In this document: positions 24,771 through 38,129 of the stretch, piece after piece
Layout of the letters: every line of letters starts with the position of its first letter
Position numbering within the stretch: position 1 is the stretch's first letter
NCBI RefSeq assembly: GCF_006345805.1
Contig: NC_043011.1
Location: 22,952,464 to 23,016,463, forward strand
DNA: 64,000 nt
Direction of reading: 5' to 3'
Source: Octopus sinensis
Lineage: Eukaryota
The notes under the pieces: model-generated
Databases searched by the model: none
What the model saw: only the letters and a program-made list of their open reading frames with translations
Told to the model about the DNA's origin: nothing
Position numbers and translations under genes: made by a program

Positions 24771-25989
24771 CAGTCGACCTGTCCTAGTCATCCAATGAGG
24801 GTGTCAAAGACTTTGCAAGACCTCCCTTGAGCTGCGAAACTTCGTTTGCAATTCTCTTCTGCTTAGCATTATTAGATGAATCAGATTGGAAATTCAGCAA
24901 TGATTGCTTCGGAAGTGATTCATTATTTTTGGACACCGATATTCGCAATAATTAATTCTAAGGTAGAATATCGTAGTAAGAGTAACAATTTCTTAAAATT
25001 TATGTATTTTAGAACTAAACTCGAAAGAGATTACGATTCAAGCAATTTAAAAAAAAAAATTTCCTCGAAATTATGTTTTTTCAGTTAAACACAAAATAAT
25101 TTCAGTATAAACTTTGTTCAAAAAGTAAGAAAAAATATTCAGTGAAAGTTCTCGCCTGAAAAATACTTTCTGAATGTATATTTTGGGAAATTTCAAGAAT
25201 TGTCTTTCCTTTTTCGCAAATAATAATCCTCTCTGACGAGTGGAAATAAAATGACTTTTTAATGTCCGTCTCTGTTCATATATAAACATGTGCGGTGATG
25301 CGTTTACTACCATAAATCTCTAACTACAGCAACAATTCTTCACATACTTTTCAACAGCAACAAGGACAATCACCAGCACCGCCGTCGCCACCACGGGCGC
25401 CACAACAACAGCAATAACAACAACTGATCCAGTATCTATTTCTTTACTACCCACTATGGGCTAAACACAGAGAGGACAAACAAGGACAGACAAATGGATT
25501 AAGTTGATTATATCGATCCCAGTGCGTAACTGATACTTATTTAATCGACCCCGAAAGGATGAAAGGCAAAGTCGACCTCGGCAGAATTTGAACTCAGAAC
25601 GTAACGGCAGACGAAATACGGCTATGCATTTCGCCCGGCATGCTAACGTTTCTGCCAGCTCGCCGCCTTAACTGATCCAGTATCACCCACTCCTTAATTC
25701 GTTTATGAGAAAATTGGCGACAATTGAAGGTGCTGAGCACTCCGTAGCCCCCCCTCCCCGTAGCTACTTGCCTAATCACACATATACATAAATATACATA
25801 AGCACATATAAATATATTAAAATGTATAGATAGATGTGTGTATTTTCCCCTGTTAACAATTAACAAGAAAAAATAGATAAATAGTTACCAGGGTAGCAAA
25901 TAATCACACAAGTAAAAAGGATGTAGCTCCTTGTTTTTAAAGGTAGAGACTTCGGGTTTACGTGAAATTTTTTGTATAATATATATAAA

Positions 25990-26377
25990 CTAGCAGTATT
26001 GCCTGGCGTTGCTCGAGTTAGTTTCGACCCTTTAGATTTGGAATTTTTGAAAAGTAAAAAATTTGCATTATGTAGCTTGTTATTCTCTTTAAGTGAACAT
26101 TTTTCTGGTTGAAAGACACCGAAAAATGGCGACACAGCAGTCAAAAAATCGTAAAAAATAGGGATTTTCATAGAAAAAAAGCAACTTTTTGATGTAAATA
26201 ATTTTTGGTCTTAACACGGTCCGATTTGTATTTTATCTTCTAAGGAATGAAAAACAAGCCTTCTTCTATCATACTTTCAATTTTGGTCAACTTGCGCCGT
26301 AGGGTCTCGGAGGAGATAGTGTTAGTTGAAGGCTACCAAACCTGCTACACAGACAACTTCAGCTTTATAAATATAGA
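25990..26377 (-). mobile_element. Non-autonomous Helitron-type element
   Basis: A|TC...CTAG|T ends on the minus strand with a GC-rich subterminal hairpin; same ends as 61954-62356. Confidence 0.7.
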
Positions 26378-26599
26378 TTAAGAGTACTTCCCGTTCGATT
26401 TTTGAGGCGATTCGGTCTGCAAAATAATTCTCTCATTTTGAGCTATTTTTTGACACCATTTTTAACTGAGAACTCCTTAAAAAGGTACACTCAAAACTGC
26501 TAGAATTTGTATTTTTCAAGCTAGAGAATTCAAACTTGCTCCAATCGATTCAGGAAATTTTTCTACGTATATGCTCATACTTTGTTTTTCGAAAAACTC

Positions 26600-28200
26600 A
26601 AAAATTGAAAGAGTAACAAAAGCAAAGACAGATATTTCGGTCTTGGGCGAAATCTGCAAAAAAACATCACAGAAACAACTTATAGAGTTGTTTATGTACT
26701 GAGGGCGGGGGAGGAGGTAAACCTTTCAGCGATTTGGAAATTGCGAAAGAGAGAATTGTTGAAGTCGCTGAATGCTTAGAAGCCGATAAGGTTTCGAAGT
26801 AAAAGAAATAACTTCTTTCAAGGAGAACCATAACTGATTGGAAGCATGAATTAGCTCTCAATATAACAGAACAACTTCACACTATACTTCAAAAGGAAAA
26901 TGTATTGTTACGAACCTGCCGTCGCTCAAACTCGAACCCGGGACCCTACTAAGTCGAGCGACGACGATTGACCAGGCTCAGTCGAACCGGGAATCCACCA
27001 CAGAGAGAACTGTGGTGGGGGGATGGCAGCGAACTCGAACCGGCGACCGGAGATAACAACAACAACAACAGCAGGAAGAGATAGACACGGCGGAAGGCAA
27101 TAGCTTACGTTTAACAACAGTTTATAACAATTATTACGACATCAAATAAAACGTGAAACATAGCAGATACATTAAAGAAAATAACATGCAACAGAATTAA
27201 AAAGAAAATAACAAAATTATTTAAACATACCACGTCGTTCGAAAACAATCAAAGACATGCACGATACAGAACGTCCGAAGCAATCAAAACAAATGTTCAG
27301 CGCAAAACAGTTCAAATCAAAGTCTTTCTCTTTCCTTAACACAATGTTCTTTATAATCTCTTTCTGTTCTTTTTCTCTTTAACACAGTTCTTTCTTTTTT
27401 AACAATTCTTTTCTTCCTCTTCAACAACTCTTTTCACAATGTTCTTTTTTTGCAACACAGTTCACAATTTACATAAACAAACATACCGTTACGAGCTCCT
27501 ACTACAATGGCCAATGCCTTCACGCCGTAATCTCTCTCTTTCGCTCTACATGTTCCCAATGCTATCTGTCTGTATTTCTCTACCTCTCGCTTGTCATCTC
27601 TCACATTCACTATCTGTCTTTCTCAACGTTGTCGTTGCCTCTCGCCATCGCCACCTTCTTGGCTGCTGTCTTTTGCCAACTGCCCAGCTGCCCAGTTGCC
27701 AATTCTTTGTCTCAGGCAGAACTGCCAAACTGCCCTGTTGCCATCTCACTGTCTCAGGCAGAACTGCCAAACAAACCCAGTTGGTCGCATTTTAAAGGGT
27801 GGTTTCTTAAACTTTCCCTGACCGGAAAAGGGTCAGATGTCTCTTCCAAACCCATTAATCTCTCCAGAAACCGACAGGACACGAAACCAGGCCACAAGCA
27901 CTCTGTTTCTCAACTGACCTCCATATCACTATATTATTCAATCGTTTTGGATGAATCAACTGATAGTAATGACTGATAGTAAGTTTTATATTTCATTCGT
28001 GCCATAACAGAAGATTTTTACATACTACAAGAATTACTGGTTTTGGGCACTCAAACGGGTAGAACACAAGGAATAGATATCTTCACAAACTTTCAAGATA
28101 AATGTCGAGAAGTTGGGTTGAGTCTGGATAATTTGGAAAGCGCGAAGGATTTATTGCCCAGATAAAAAAAAGTCTTATTAGATTGAGATGCTCTCATTTC
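26600..28200 (+). mobile_element. hAT (Buster/SPIN/GTF2IRD2-like) transposase remnant split by an LTR-like insertion
   Basis: KPFSD..AKERIVEVAECL..LSRRTITD; ILQKENV|YYSIVLDESTD; FIRAITEDF..G.DIF. Confidence 0.75.
26906..27928. mobile_element. Solo LTR-like insertion, 1023 bp
   Basis: TG...CA ends; 4-bp TSD gtat/ctat; removing it restores the hAT reading NVYYS. Confidence 0.65.
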
Positions 28201-28835
28201 TTTTCATTGTATATTGCACTAGATCAGGGGTTTTTTCAGGCACGTTTAATGTTTCCTCTACAGACTACAAACAAGCTCCCCGTCCCACTCCTTTTTTTTT
28301 CAAGCAAAAATTAATGCAAATTTCGAACGGGGTATAGCTGTAAAAAGAGACTTGAAAAATTAGCAATACGCCCAACAAAATGGGTGGAGAAGAAAAGTTG
28401 CCAACAGGTGGCTACACGAAATTCAACTCTATACATTAAAGAGTGTCTTCTACGATAGCTTTGGTCAGCCCAAAGCCTCGTGAGTAGATTTCATAAGCGG
28501 AAACTGAAAGAAGACCGTCATATATATATATATATATATATATCACCGTGACCGATCAGGCTATCAGATGTTACTACACATCGATGGTCACAATGCATTG
28601 TTTTAGCCTTCAAATGACGCCTCCCCGCTGGCTAAACGAGCAGGCCAACAGAAGAAGAGTGAGAGAAAGTTGTGGCGAAAGGGTACAGCAGGGATCACCA
28701 CGACCCCCTGCCAGAGCCTCGAGGAGCTTTAGGTGTTTTCGCTCAATAAACACTCACAACGCCCGATCTGAGAATCGAAACCGCGATCCTACAACCGCGA
28801 GTCCACTGCCCTAACCACTGGGCGATTGCGCCTCC

Positions 28836-28882
<47 letters not shown>

Positions 28883-29468
28883 TGTGTTTGTCCCCCACCA
28901 CCATCGCTTGACAACAGATGTTGGTGTGTTTGCATCCCCGTAACTTAACTGTTCGGCTGAAGAGATTGATAGAAGAAGCATCAAGCTTACAGGGAATAAG
29001 TCGAAGGGTCGATTTCTTCGACTAAAGGGCGGCGCTCCAGTATGGCCACAGTCAAACGACTGAAACAAGTAAAAGAATAAAAGAGTAGCAGAAGAACGTT
29101 CTGTACCATTAAACCAAGAAGGTTCTTTGGTACTTTTTGGTTACCTTACCCTCATTAAAAAATTGTCATTAAAAATGGGGTTATCTCTCCACTAAAAACT
29201 TGGGTTATCTCCCCTCCCACCACTCTTCCGTCAACTCAACGATTTTGTTTCGTCTTGTTTTTTTGCCTGATTGATTTCCTGTACGTTATGAATCTTTTAC
29301 GTCTAAGCAAAATTTCCAAAGATAAAACATCCAATCTTTCTTTTTTTCAAGAAAAAGGAATTCTTCACCTAGAAAGACAATACAACAACGGTCATTTTAT
29401 GAATTTCTCAGTTAGAAGTCAAAATAGATGGCGGTGTAGAATTCGTGGATGCAGACAAGAAAAAGAAC

Positions 29469-29871
29469 GGATCTTTTCGGTTTGAACGGCAGTTTTTTCT
29501 AGCGGTGTCATATGAAATTGTCACCCATAATTATGACCCTAGTATCGATCTATTGCATTTCAATGTTTTAGGGTTAGGGGTGGGGGGAAGGGTATCTTTT
29601 TTTTCTTCACAAATGTAAATAAACCCAATCTGTTTCTTAAACGAGGGACATATTCATACGGCACAGAATGTTTTTTTACCTCAATAGACGTCATTGATTG
29701 GTTGAAATGGAAGAAAAAAAACAACAAATATCTTACAAACTATAGAATTTTCTCAATAAAGCCAAGAGAAAAAGATGTTTTATAAACACATTCTACCAGT
29801 ATACGAAATTTAAAAGTGTTTAGTTACGTGGAAATTATTTTTAAAAACTGCCGTTCAAACCAAAAAGACCC
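29469..29871. mobile_element. Merlin-like MITE, copy 3
   Basis: Perfect 8-bp TSD AAAAGAAC (29461-29468, 29872-29879). Confidence 0.9.
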
Positions 29872-30172
29872 AAAAGAACTAACAACAGATAATTGGTTTG
29901 CTAATTCACGTATATCTTTATGTAAAGCAGCACTTTTCATATATTGCCGGGCACACAACATGACAAGTATCAAATTTTGTGAACGTGAGGAGAAACCAAT
30001 TATGTTGTTGACTGGAATAATTATTTGAGAGAAGTTTGTGCTGCACACATTTTGGCTATCCCAAGAGTGATTGGAGGACCCAACATGACTGTTGAAATTG
30101 ACAAAAGATGGTTCACTAAAAGAAAAAAATTGTGTCGAACGTCAACTACTTCAACAATGGGTTTTTGGAGGT

Positions 30173-31050
30173 TTAATAATGGAAGGCAAGATTTACGATA
30201 TTGGAAGAATATCGTTTCCATTCATCAGCTTTTGTTCTTCGTGTAGTTCAGGCTTTCGGAAGGCGAAGAGAGAAGACTTCAAGTACAAACGCTATTTCAC
30301 AACTGGTTTGTTTACAGGATTTACAGGATAGGTGTAGTGTGCTGCCCTCAGCTAACATCTGTAGTGATGCTGCTGTGTAAGGTTCAGCGCGCATGCGCAG
30401 AATGGGACTACTTCCGGGTGGCCACCGGAAGTCTTCCCCATGCGCATGTGCGGGAAACTGACCCCTAAAACACAGTCCATCCACTCACTCTCTCTGGCCC
30501 TTTCAGCCCTCGTGAACAGACGTGCATTTGGTAGTCTCTGAGAACTCTACACCGGCTTAGCAACGGACCACATCGAATCACGTCAATCAACCAACAAGAA
30601 GCAGTACAAAGATTCGGCTGTCGTTTCCCCTCAGAAATATGTACACCATCACGAGTAATAAACAACATTTGCTGTCTTTCCCAGATAACCTGACTTCGTC
30701 TGTTATATCTAACTAAATTGAATGTGATGGAATCGGATCGGACACCCCTTCAGTGATACCGATTCCAGATCCTGTTACACATCTTTAGCTGTGTGCGTTG
30801 TGTACGTAGCTCCGTTAGTGAAGGCACATTGCCTCTGGAGATATACATACAGAAAGCCTCAGCCAGTGGTGGTGTTCAGCCAGTGCTGCTGTGAGGTGAC
30901 GCCCAAAAGAGCGATTTGATGAGGGTTTTCCTTCGTTGTGATCTTGCGCATAGCAAATGGATGCAGATGAGGTCTCGCTCCAGTCTCGCAGATAGCAATG
31001 GTTGCCGCGAGATCTCTTCCAATATGGCGCTGACTGCTTGTGCCGCTACA
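30173..31050 (-). mobile_element. Gypsy solo LTR (family of the 22735-23209 LTR)
   Basis: Ends ...CCGCTACA; 5-bp TSD gaggt/gaagt splitting WVFGG|ICRE of the Merlin ORF. Confidence 0.8.
30360..30779. mobile_element. Second solo LTR nested inside the first, 420 bp
   Basis: TGTAGTGAT...GTTACA ends; perfect 4-bp TSD CATC; segment absent from the 22735-23209 copy. Confidence 0.85.
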
Positions 31051-32396
31051 GAAGTATTTGTAGAGAAACAAAAGAGTGTTTCATGTTTATCGTCCCTGAC
31101 AGATCTGCGACAACAGTTCTTCCAATAATAGAAAATAATATAAGACCGGGTACTACCATCATAAGTGACGAATAGTCAGGATATAAAAATATAATCAATA
31201 TTGGTAATTTTCAACCTCTCACTGTGAATCATTGTCTACACTTTGTCATTCCTACTAATAGAGCTCACACCCAAAATATTAAAAGACTTAGGAAGAGTGC
31301 AAAAGAAAAAAAAAAGGCAAAATGGCACTCACATAGGTCTACTGGACTCATATATGTGTGAGTTTATGTGACGACAAGAGAGTGGATTAAAAGGGTTAAA
31401 TCTTTTTGATTCAATACTTCAACATATTGTTGACTTTTGGCCTCAATATGCATTCAATAAGATGTTTAATCTTTTTTTTTCATACAACGGTGAGAGATAG
31501 CCCAATTTTTTAATGGGGAGAGATAACTAAAAAGTACAGGTTCTTTGAATATGTATAATGTATTTTAAGGCTAAATAGCAATTATGTTTACGTTTGTGTA
31601 ACAGATATTTTGGTTGGATTACATAGTTATCGGTTTTACACTTCTTTCTATATTCTGTAAGAGTAACAATATAGAAACATTTCTCATGGCACTAGCACAC
31701 AAATTAAAGATGCTTACAACTTTTATATTTTCCGTGAGGTTTTCACGGGTCCAGTTAGTAAATATTATTTTGTGCTATTCTTTTTATTCTTTTACTTTTA
31801 CTAAAGTGCAATTTGAAAGTTAACCTTGAACAAACATTCCAAATGAGGTTAGAGTAAATGACAACCAACCAAATGATAGTTTCTAGATGACGATCATGTC
31901 TTTATACACATAATCAACATTGAAAGTCAGATACAACACACAAGTGCCCACTTACATACTTTTCGTTAAGCACAAAAGCCACTCTTTCTCTTTTTCTTTC
32001 TCTCTCTTTGTTACATGTAACTATATTTAGGAGGGCCAAGGCAAGGGGGTGCGTGAGGCACGTATCTCAAGTTAGTTAATAGGGTACATCTGTCACATGT
32101 TCTTGTTTCTTCTTGGTAGTACACTGATGAGTATCCCTGCCTCTCGCACGGGTGGCCAGAGTTCGATTCACCACCACCACCACCCTAGTCTCCTCCTTCT
32201 CCACCTCCTGCTCCTCCTCCTTCTTCTTCTTCTTCTTCTTCTTCTTCTTCTTCTTCTTCTTCTTCTTCTTCTTCGCATCCTCCTCCTGGCCGATGGCCTA
32301 GCGTAACAATGACTGTTAAAAATTTTCGGTATGCAAATGAGGAACTCCTTCATAGAATTATATGCTGTATTTGTTGAGTATATATAGAGTTTATAT

Positions 32397-32429
<33 letters not shown>

Positions 32430-33912
32430 CCTTTCTACTAAAGGCAAACAGCCTGAAATTTTGAGGGAGGGGCCTAGTCGATTACGTCGACATCAGTGCG
32501 AAACTGTTAGTTATTTCATCCACCCCAGAGTGCGAAACTGGTATTTATTTCATCGACCCTGAAAAGATGAAAGGCAAAGTCGACCCCTGCGGCATTTGAA
32601 CTCAGAACATAGAGACAGACGAAATGATGCGAATCATTTTGCTTGGCTTCCTAACTATTCTTCCAGCTCGCCGAGAAATTACTGATATTGCTATTATTAT
32701 CTCTGTCTTTGGATTTGCTAGTGTCACATTTCTGCCAATAACATCTGTTAATTTCCCTGATCCAGAATATGAAGAAAACACAGCAAATTGTGGTGGTTGG
32801 GGGGGATTGTGGCTAACCATTTTAACCTGTCAATAGATAAAAATATGAGTGTTAGCATGTATATGCATGTGTGTGCAGAAACACCTACGGCATTGCGATC
32901 TCCAGCTGACGTCTCCAGAGATAGACCTCTCTAAAAATGTATTCTCATTTTATTTTATGTTTATACTTCTTTACAGTACCATCTGCTACTTCAGCATTTC
33001 CATTATTAAATGTGTAAAGCAAAGATGCAATTTCTTTATGGCATGTGACGAGACCGGCTATATATATATATATATAGGATTGGCTGTGTAGTAAGTAGCT
33101 TGTTTACCAACCACATGGTTCCAGGTTCAGTCCCACTGCGTGGCACCTTGGGCAAGTGTCTTCTAATATAACCTTGGACCGACCAAAGGCTTGTGAGTGG
33201 ATTTGGTAGACGGAAAATGAAAGAAGTCCGTCGTATATATGTATATATGTATGTGTGTGTTTGGGTGTCTGTGTTTGTCCCCCCCCCAACAGCGCTTGAC
33301 AACCGATGCTAGCGTGCTTACGTCCCCGTAACTTAGCGGTTTGGCATAAGCGACCGATAGAATAAGTTGTACTAGGCTTACAAAGAATACATCCTGGGGT
33401 CGATTTGCTCGACTAAAGGCGATGCTCTAGCATGGCCGCAGTCAAATGACTGAAACAAGTAAAAGAATAAAAGAATATATATACATATACAAATGGCGGT
33501 GCCCCAGCATGGCCACAGCTCATTAGCTGAAACTGGAAAAAAAAAAAAAAAATACATATGCCTCCACAGTGTCTGATGAAGATTCTAATCATTTCAAAGT
33601 CACTTTATATACATACACTCACGCACACACACACATATCAGGTTGGTGGAGGCGCGTGGCTTAGTGGTTAGGGTGTCAGCATCATGATCTTAAGATTCTG
33701 GTTTCTATTCCTGGACCGGGCGACGCATTGTGTTCTTGAGCAAAACACTTCATTTCACGCTGCTCCAGTCCACCCAGCTGGCAAAAATAAGTAACGCTGC
33801 GATGGACTGGCGTCCCGTCCAGTTGGGGAACACATACGCCATAGAAACCGAGAAACCGGGCCCATGAGCCTGGTTAAGCTTTAAAAGGGCGCATTTATTA
33901 TCTTATTATATA

Positions 33913-34547
33913 TCAGGTTGAGTAAAAAGTAAGCGATGTTTTGAACCATGAATTTTGCCAGTTCTCGAGTGGTTTTTGTAGAGTTTTGAATTTTTTAAAA
34001 ACTTTTTTTTGCAATTGTTTGATAATACAGACATAGACTTGCCCAAATGCATCAATACATTAACATTGATTTTTTTAAAACCGTTGTTACAATCATCTGA
34101 AATGGAACTGTCAAAGTGCGATATTCGAGCAATTTTGCTCTTCAACTTCAAAATAGGACGAAAAGCAGCTGAAACTGTTTGCGATATCAGTGAAACGTTT
34201 GGGGAGGAAATGACCAGTGAGGGTCAGTTCGGAAATGGTTTAAACGATTTCGCAGTGGAAACCTGAATCTTGAAGATCGTGAGCGTAGTGGACGCCCATC
34301 TGTCACTGATAACGGTCAATTAAAGGTCATCATTGAGAAAGATCCACGTAAAATCACTCGAGAACTGGCAAAAGAACTTCAAGTTAGCCAGAAAACAGCC
34401 TGTAACTATTTGCATGCGATCAGAAATTCAAACAGACTCGACAAATGGGTACCACACGATTTGAATGAAAATTACAAAATGTGCAGACATGAAGTTTGTT
34501 CGTCGCTTCTCCGAAACCAGACCGATTCATTTCTCGACCGTATTATA
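33913..34547 (+). mobile_element. Mariner transposon 5' half, truncated by a SINE
   Basis: TA|TCAGGTTGAG; MELSKCDIRAILLFNFKIGRKAAET...ERSGRP...KWVPHDL. Confidence 0.85.
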
Positions 34548-34755
34548 AGTTACTCTTTTACTTGTTTCAGTCATTTTGACTGCGGCCATGCTGGAGCACC
34601 GCCTTTAATCGAGCAACTCGACCCCGGGACTTATTCTTTTGTAAGCCCAGTACTTATTCTATCGGTCTCTTTTGCCGAACCGCTAAGTGACGGGGACATA
34701 AACACACCAGCATCGGTTGTCAAGCAATGCTAGGGGGACAAACACAGGTACACAA

Positions 34756-34849
<94 letters not shown>

Positions 34850-37800
34850 GACAGGCTTTTTCCAGTTTCCGTCTACCAAATCCACTCACAAGGCTTTGGT
34901 CGGCCCGAGGCTATAGCAGAAGACACTTGCCCAAGATGCCACGCAGTGGAACTGAACTCGGAACCATGTGGTTGGTAAACAAGCTACTTACCACACAGCC
35001 ACTCCTGCGCCTATGTGTGTATGTTTGTATCTGTATTTGTCCCCACTATCTCTTGACAACCGGTGTCGGTGTGTTTACGCGCCCGTAACTTAGCAGTTCG
35101 GCAAAAGATATGGATAAAATAAGTACGAGGTTTAACAAAGAAAAAGAAGTACTGGGGGTCAATTCATTCGACTAAAAATTCTTCAAGGCGGTGCTCCAGC
35201 ATGGCCGCAGTCTAATGACTGAAACAAGTAAAAGGTATAAAACGGAAAATGTGTATTGAGTTATACAACCGATGTCATTTACGACTTTTCATGTGTTTTA
35301 TTTGACAATTATATTTTATAGTTCAAAGACAATGCGCCCAGAACTACGACCAAGGCGCAACTCCTCTTTACATTAGGTACATGCTTAAAATAATAAGCTG
35401 CATTTTAGCGAAAACAGAACTCTTTTACCCTTTTACTCTTTTACTTGTTTCAGTCATTTGACTGCGGCCATGCTGGAGCACCGCTTTTAGTCGAGCAAAT
35501 CGACCCCGGGACTTATTCTTTGTAAGCCCACTGCTTATTCTATCAGTCTCTTTTGCCGAACCGCTAAGTGACGGGGACGTAAACAAACCAGCATCGGTTG
35601 TCAAGCAATGCTAGAGGGACAAACACAGACACACAAACATATACACACACATACATATATATATATACATATATACGACAGGCTTCTTTCAGTTTCCGTC
35701 TACCAAATCCACTCACAAGGCATTGGTCGGCCCGAGGCTATAGCAGAAGACACTTGCCCAAGATGTCACGCAGTGGGACTGAACCCGGAACCATGTGGTT
35801 GGTTAGCAAGCTACTTACCACACAGCCACTCCTGCACCTATGGTAGATATTATTTTATCTTCTCACCATTTAGTACTTGAAGTTTTTTTATTTTATTTAT
35901 ATAATCTAAACAAGGCAGCTATTCATAATTGTACAATCTGAAGGTGCTTGTTGTGAAAGCTGTTACTACGATTTTAAAATAAAATATAGTAAAACAACCG
36001 ATATTGGTTTCATATTTTGGCAAAAGGTTAGCAATTTCGAGGGAGGGGTTAAGTCGATTACATCGATCCACTGCTCAATTGGTACTCGTTTTATTAAAAC
36101 CGAAAGGATGAAAAGCAAAGTCAACCTGGACAGAATTTGAACCCAGAACATAAAGACGGGCGAAATGCCGCAAAGCATTTTGCCCGGCATGCTATCGATT
36201 CTGCCAGCTCGTCGCCTTATAATTAATAGTGCTCAACGGCAATGCACCCATCTATATAAAATAAGAATTTGAAAATGCATTCTTTTAAATATTTCACTTG
36301 TATTTTTATCTTCGTTTAATACATACAATATTTTTGCCCTAGTTGTGCATTTCTAACAATTTGTTCTTGTTTTTCTTCATATGTCAACGTATATCATTTT
36401 TATTATGATAAAAGGAGTCATTAGAAAAGCAATTCTTATAGGCTTTGTAACAGCTGCTAAAAACATGGAGTGTGTCATTACAGAATACCCATAACTTATA
36501 CATGCATGCATAACACACACACACACACATGTATGCATGTATGTATAAGTTATGGGTATGCCTGCATTAAGCCACTACATAGTATTACCAGAGTATTAAC
36601 AATGTAGTATAAAGTGTGTGTGTGTGTGTGTGTGTGTGTGAGTGTGGGAAAAGTGGCATCTCTCTCCAAAACTCCAAATTTGAGTAACGTTTTCATGCCT
36701 GGATTTGTAAACTACGATAAGAATAACACTGGTCAACAAAGAATTTGTCCCAAGGAAAAGAATACCTGTATCTCTTATGTTTTCGCATGCAGAATTTCCA
36801 AAATAATGTCAAATTATCTGAATCACCCACAGTTTCTCTGTTCCATGATATCCCTCTCAATTCCTGTTACGTGGGCTGTTGAAATGTGAAGCCAACGGTT
36901 TAACAAATACTCCTAATTTAAGTTTTTAGGAGTAGAATTAACCCAGGGAAATCATAAATCAAGCTGAGTCAATGAATCTCAAAAATATATAAAACGAAAA
37001 ATATGTAAAAATACTAACACACAGAAAAAAGCACAGAAAAAATACTAGCACACAGAAAAAGCACAGAAAATATGCAACATACTAATACACAGAGAAATTT
37101 AAACAAAACATGCGGGTGAAAAGAATCTCATGTTGTGAAGAATCAAGTGAAAAATCAACATAGACAACAGCGGCACAGACAACAGTGAACCAAAAACACA
37201 GCATGCGGTTGTCATGATAACAAGCTGCTAATGCCACGCTGTCTGTTGATTGGCTAAGATTACCCAAATTTCCCAAATTTAATTCCAAATAACATCAGAA
37301 TTCTTTAAATTACGAGATAAAGCAATCGGTTGATCGCAATCAAAATTCAGAGTTGCATCGATACACCAAAATTGAAAGCAATCTGAGCAAAATTAAGAGG
37401 GGGAATGAGAAAGACTAGATTCCCAGATACGTAACAAATATCCGACAATGACAACCGCTGACACTCCAAAGATAACTACAGGTATACCTCACTCTAAGTC
37501 GTTAATTGGTTCCAGGAGACACGACTTAAGTCGAATTGCGTGTCTATAGGCCAGGCTAGCCTAGCCTAAACTGCTAATAGCCGTTCCCCAGCACTCTATG
37601 AATGCATTTTCGATAAGACATGGTTAATAAAAATATTTTTTAAGCTTACAATTTCAGTAAGACACGGTTAATAAAAACCTATTTTAAGCTTAGAAGCAAA
37701 TAATTATTATTGTGTAATAAAGTAAAAAAAAAAGAAATAATAAAGTATTTTAAATTTACCAATACGTAAAATTCGGTGATGTTTACATTGTAGATGTAGA

Positions 37801-38129
37801 TGGCCGAGGATCTGTTTCTTTATTACCCACAGGAAGCTAAACATATAGGGGACAAACAAGGACAGACAAACGGATCAAGTTGATTACATCGACCCCAGTG
37901 CGTAACTGGTACTTTATTTATTGACCCCCAAAGGATGAAAGCAAAGTCGACCTTGGCGGAATTTGAACTTAGAACGTAACGGCAGACGAAATACGGCTAC
38001 GCATTTCGCCCAGCGTGCTAACGATTCTGCCAGCTCGCCGCCCCTAGATGGCCGAGGATCGTCGACGTCAATGTCATCAGCTGATTCTGGCAGTTCTCGT
38101 TGTCGTTCGATGCGTTTAAAAAAAACTAG

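Larger units (their letters stand above)
29129..31538 (+). mobile_element. Merlin (IS1595/ISXO2-like) DNA transposon, decayed, with three nested insertions
   Basis: Perfect 8-bp TSD GGTTCTTT; ~35-bp TIRs starting GGTAC; RWRC, IGGPNMTVEID, WVFGG|ICRETKECF, IRPGTTIISDE, TVNH, HTQNI motifs. Confidence 0.9.

Noticed and set aside
32602-32836. Hydrophobic 70-aa ORF that looks like a secreted or membrane peptide
   Set aside because: Start lies within an antisense family B SINE head; no supporting splice structure or motif
33573-33600. Other CTGATGA hits (32124, 33573, 39199, and ~50355 on the minus strand) as hammerheads
   Set aside because: No correctly placed GAAA..UH or closing stem I; at most decayed relics
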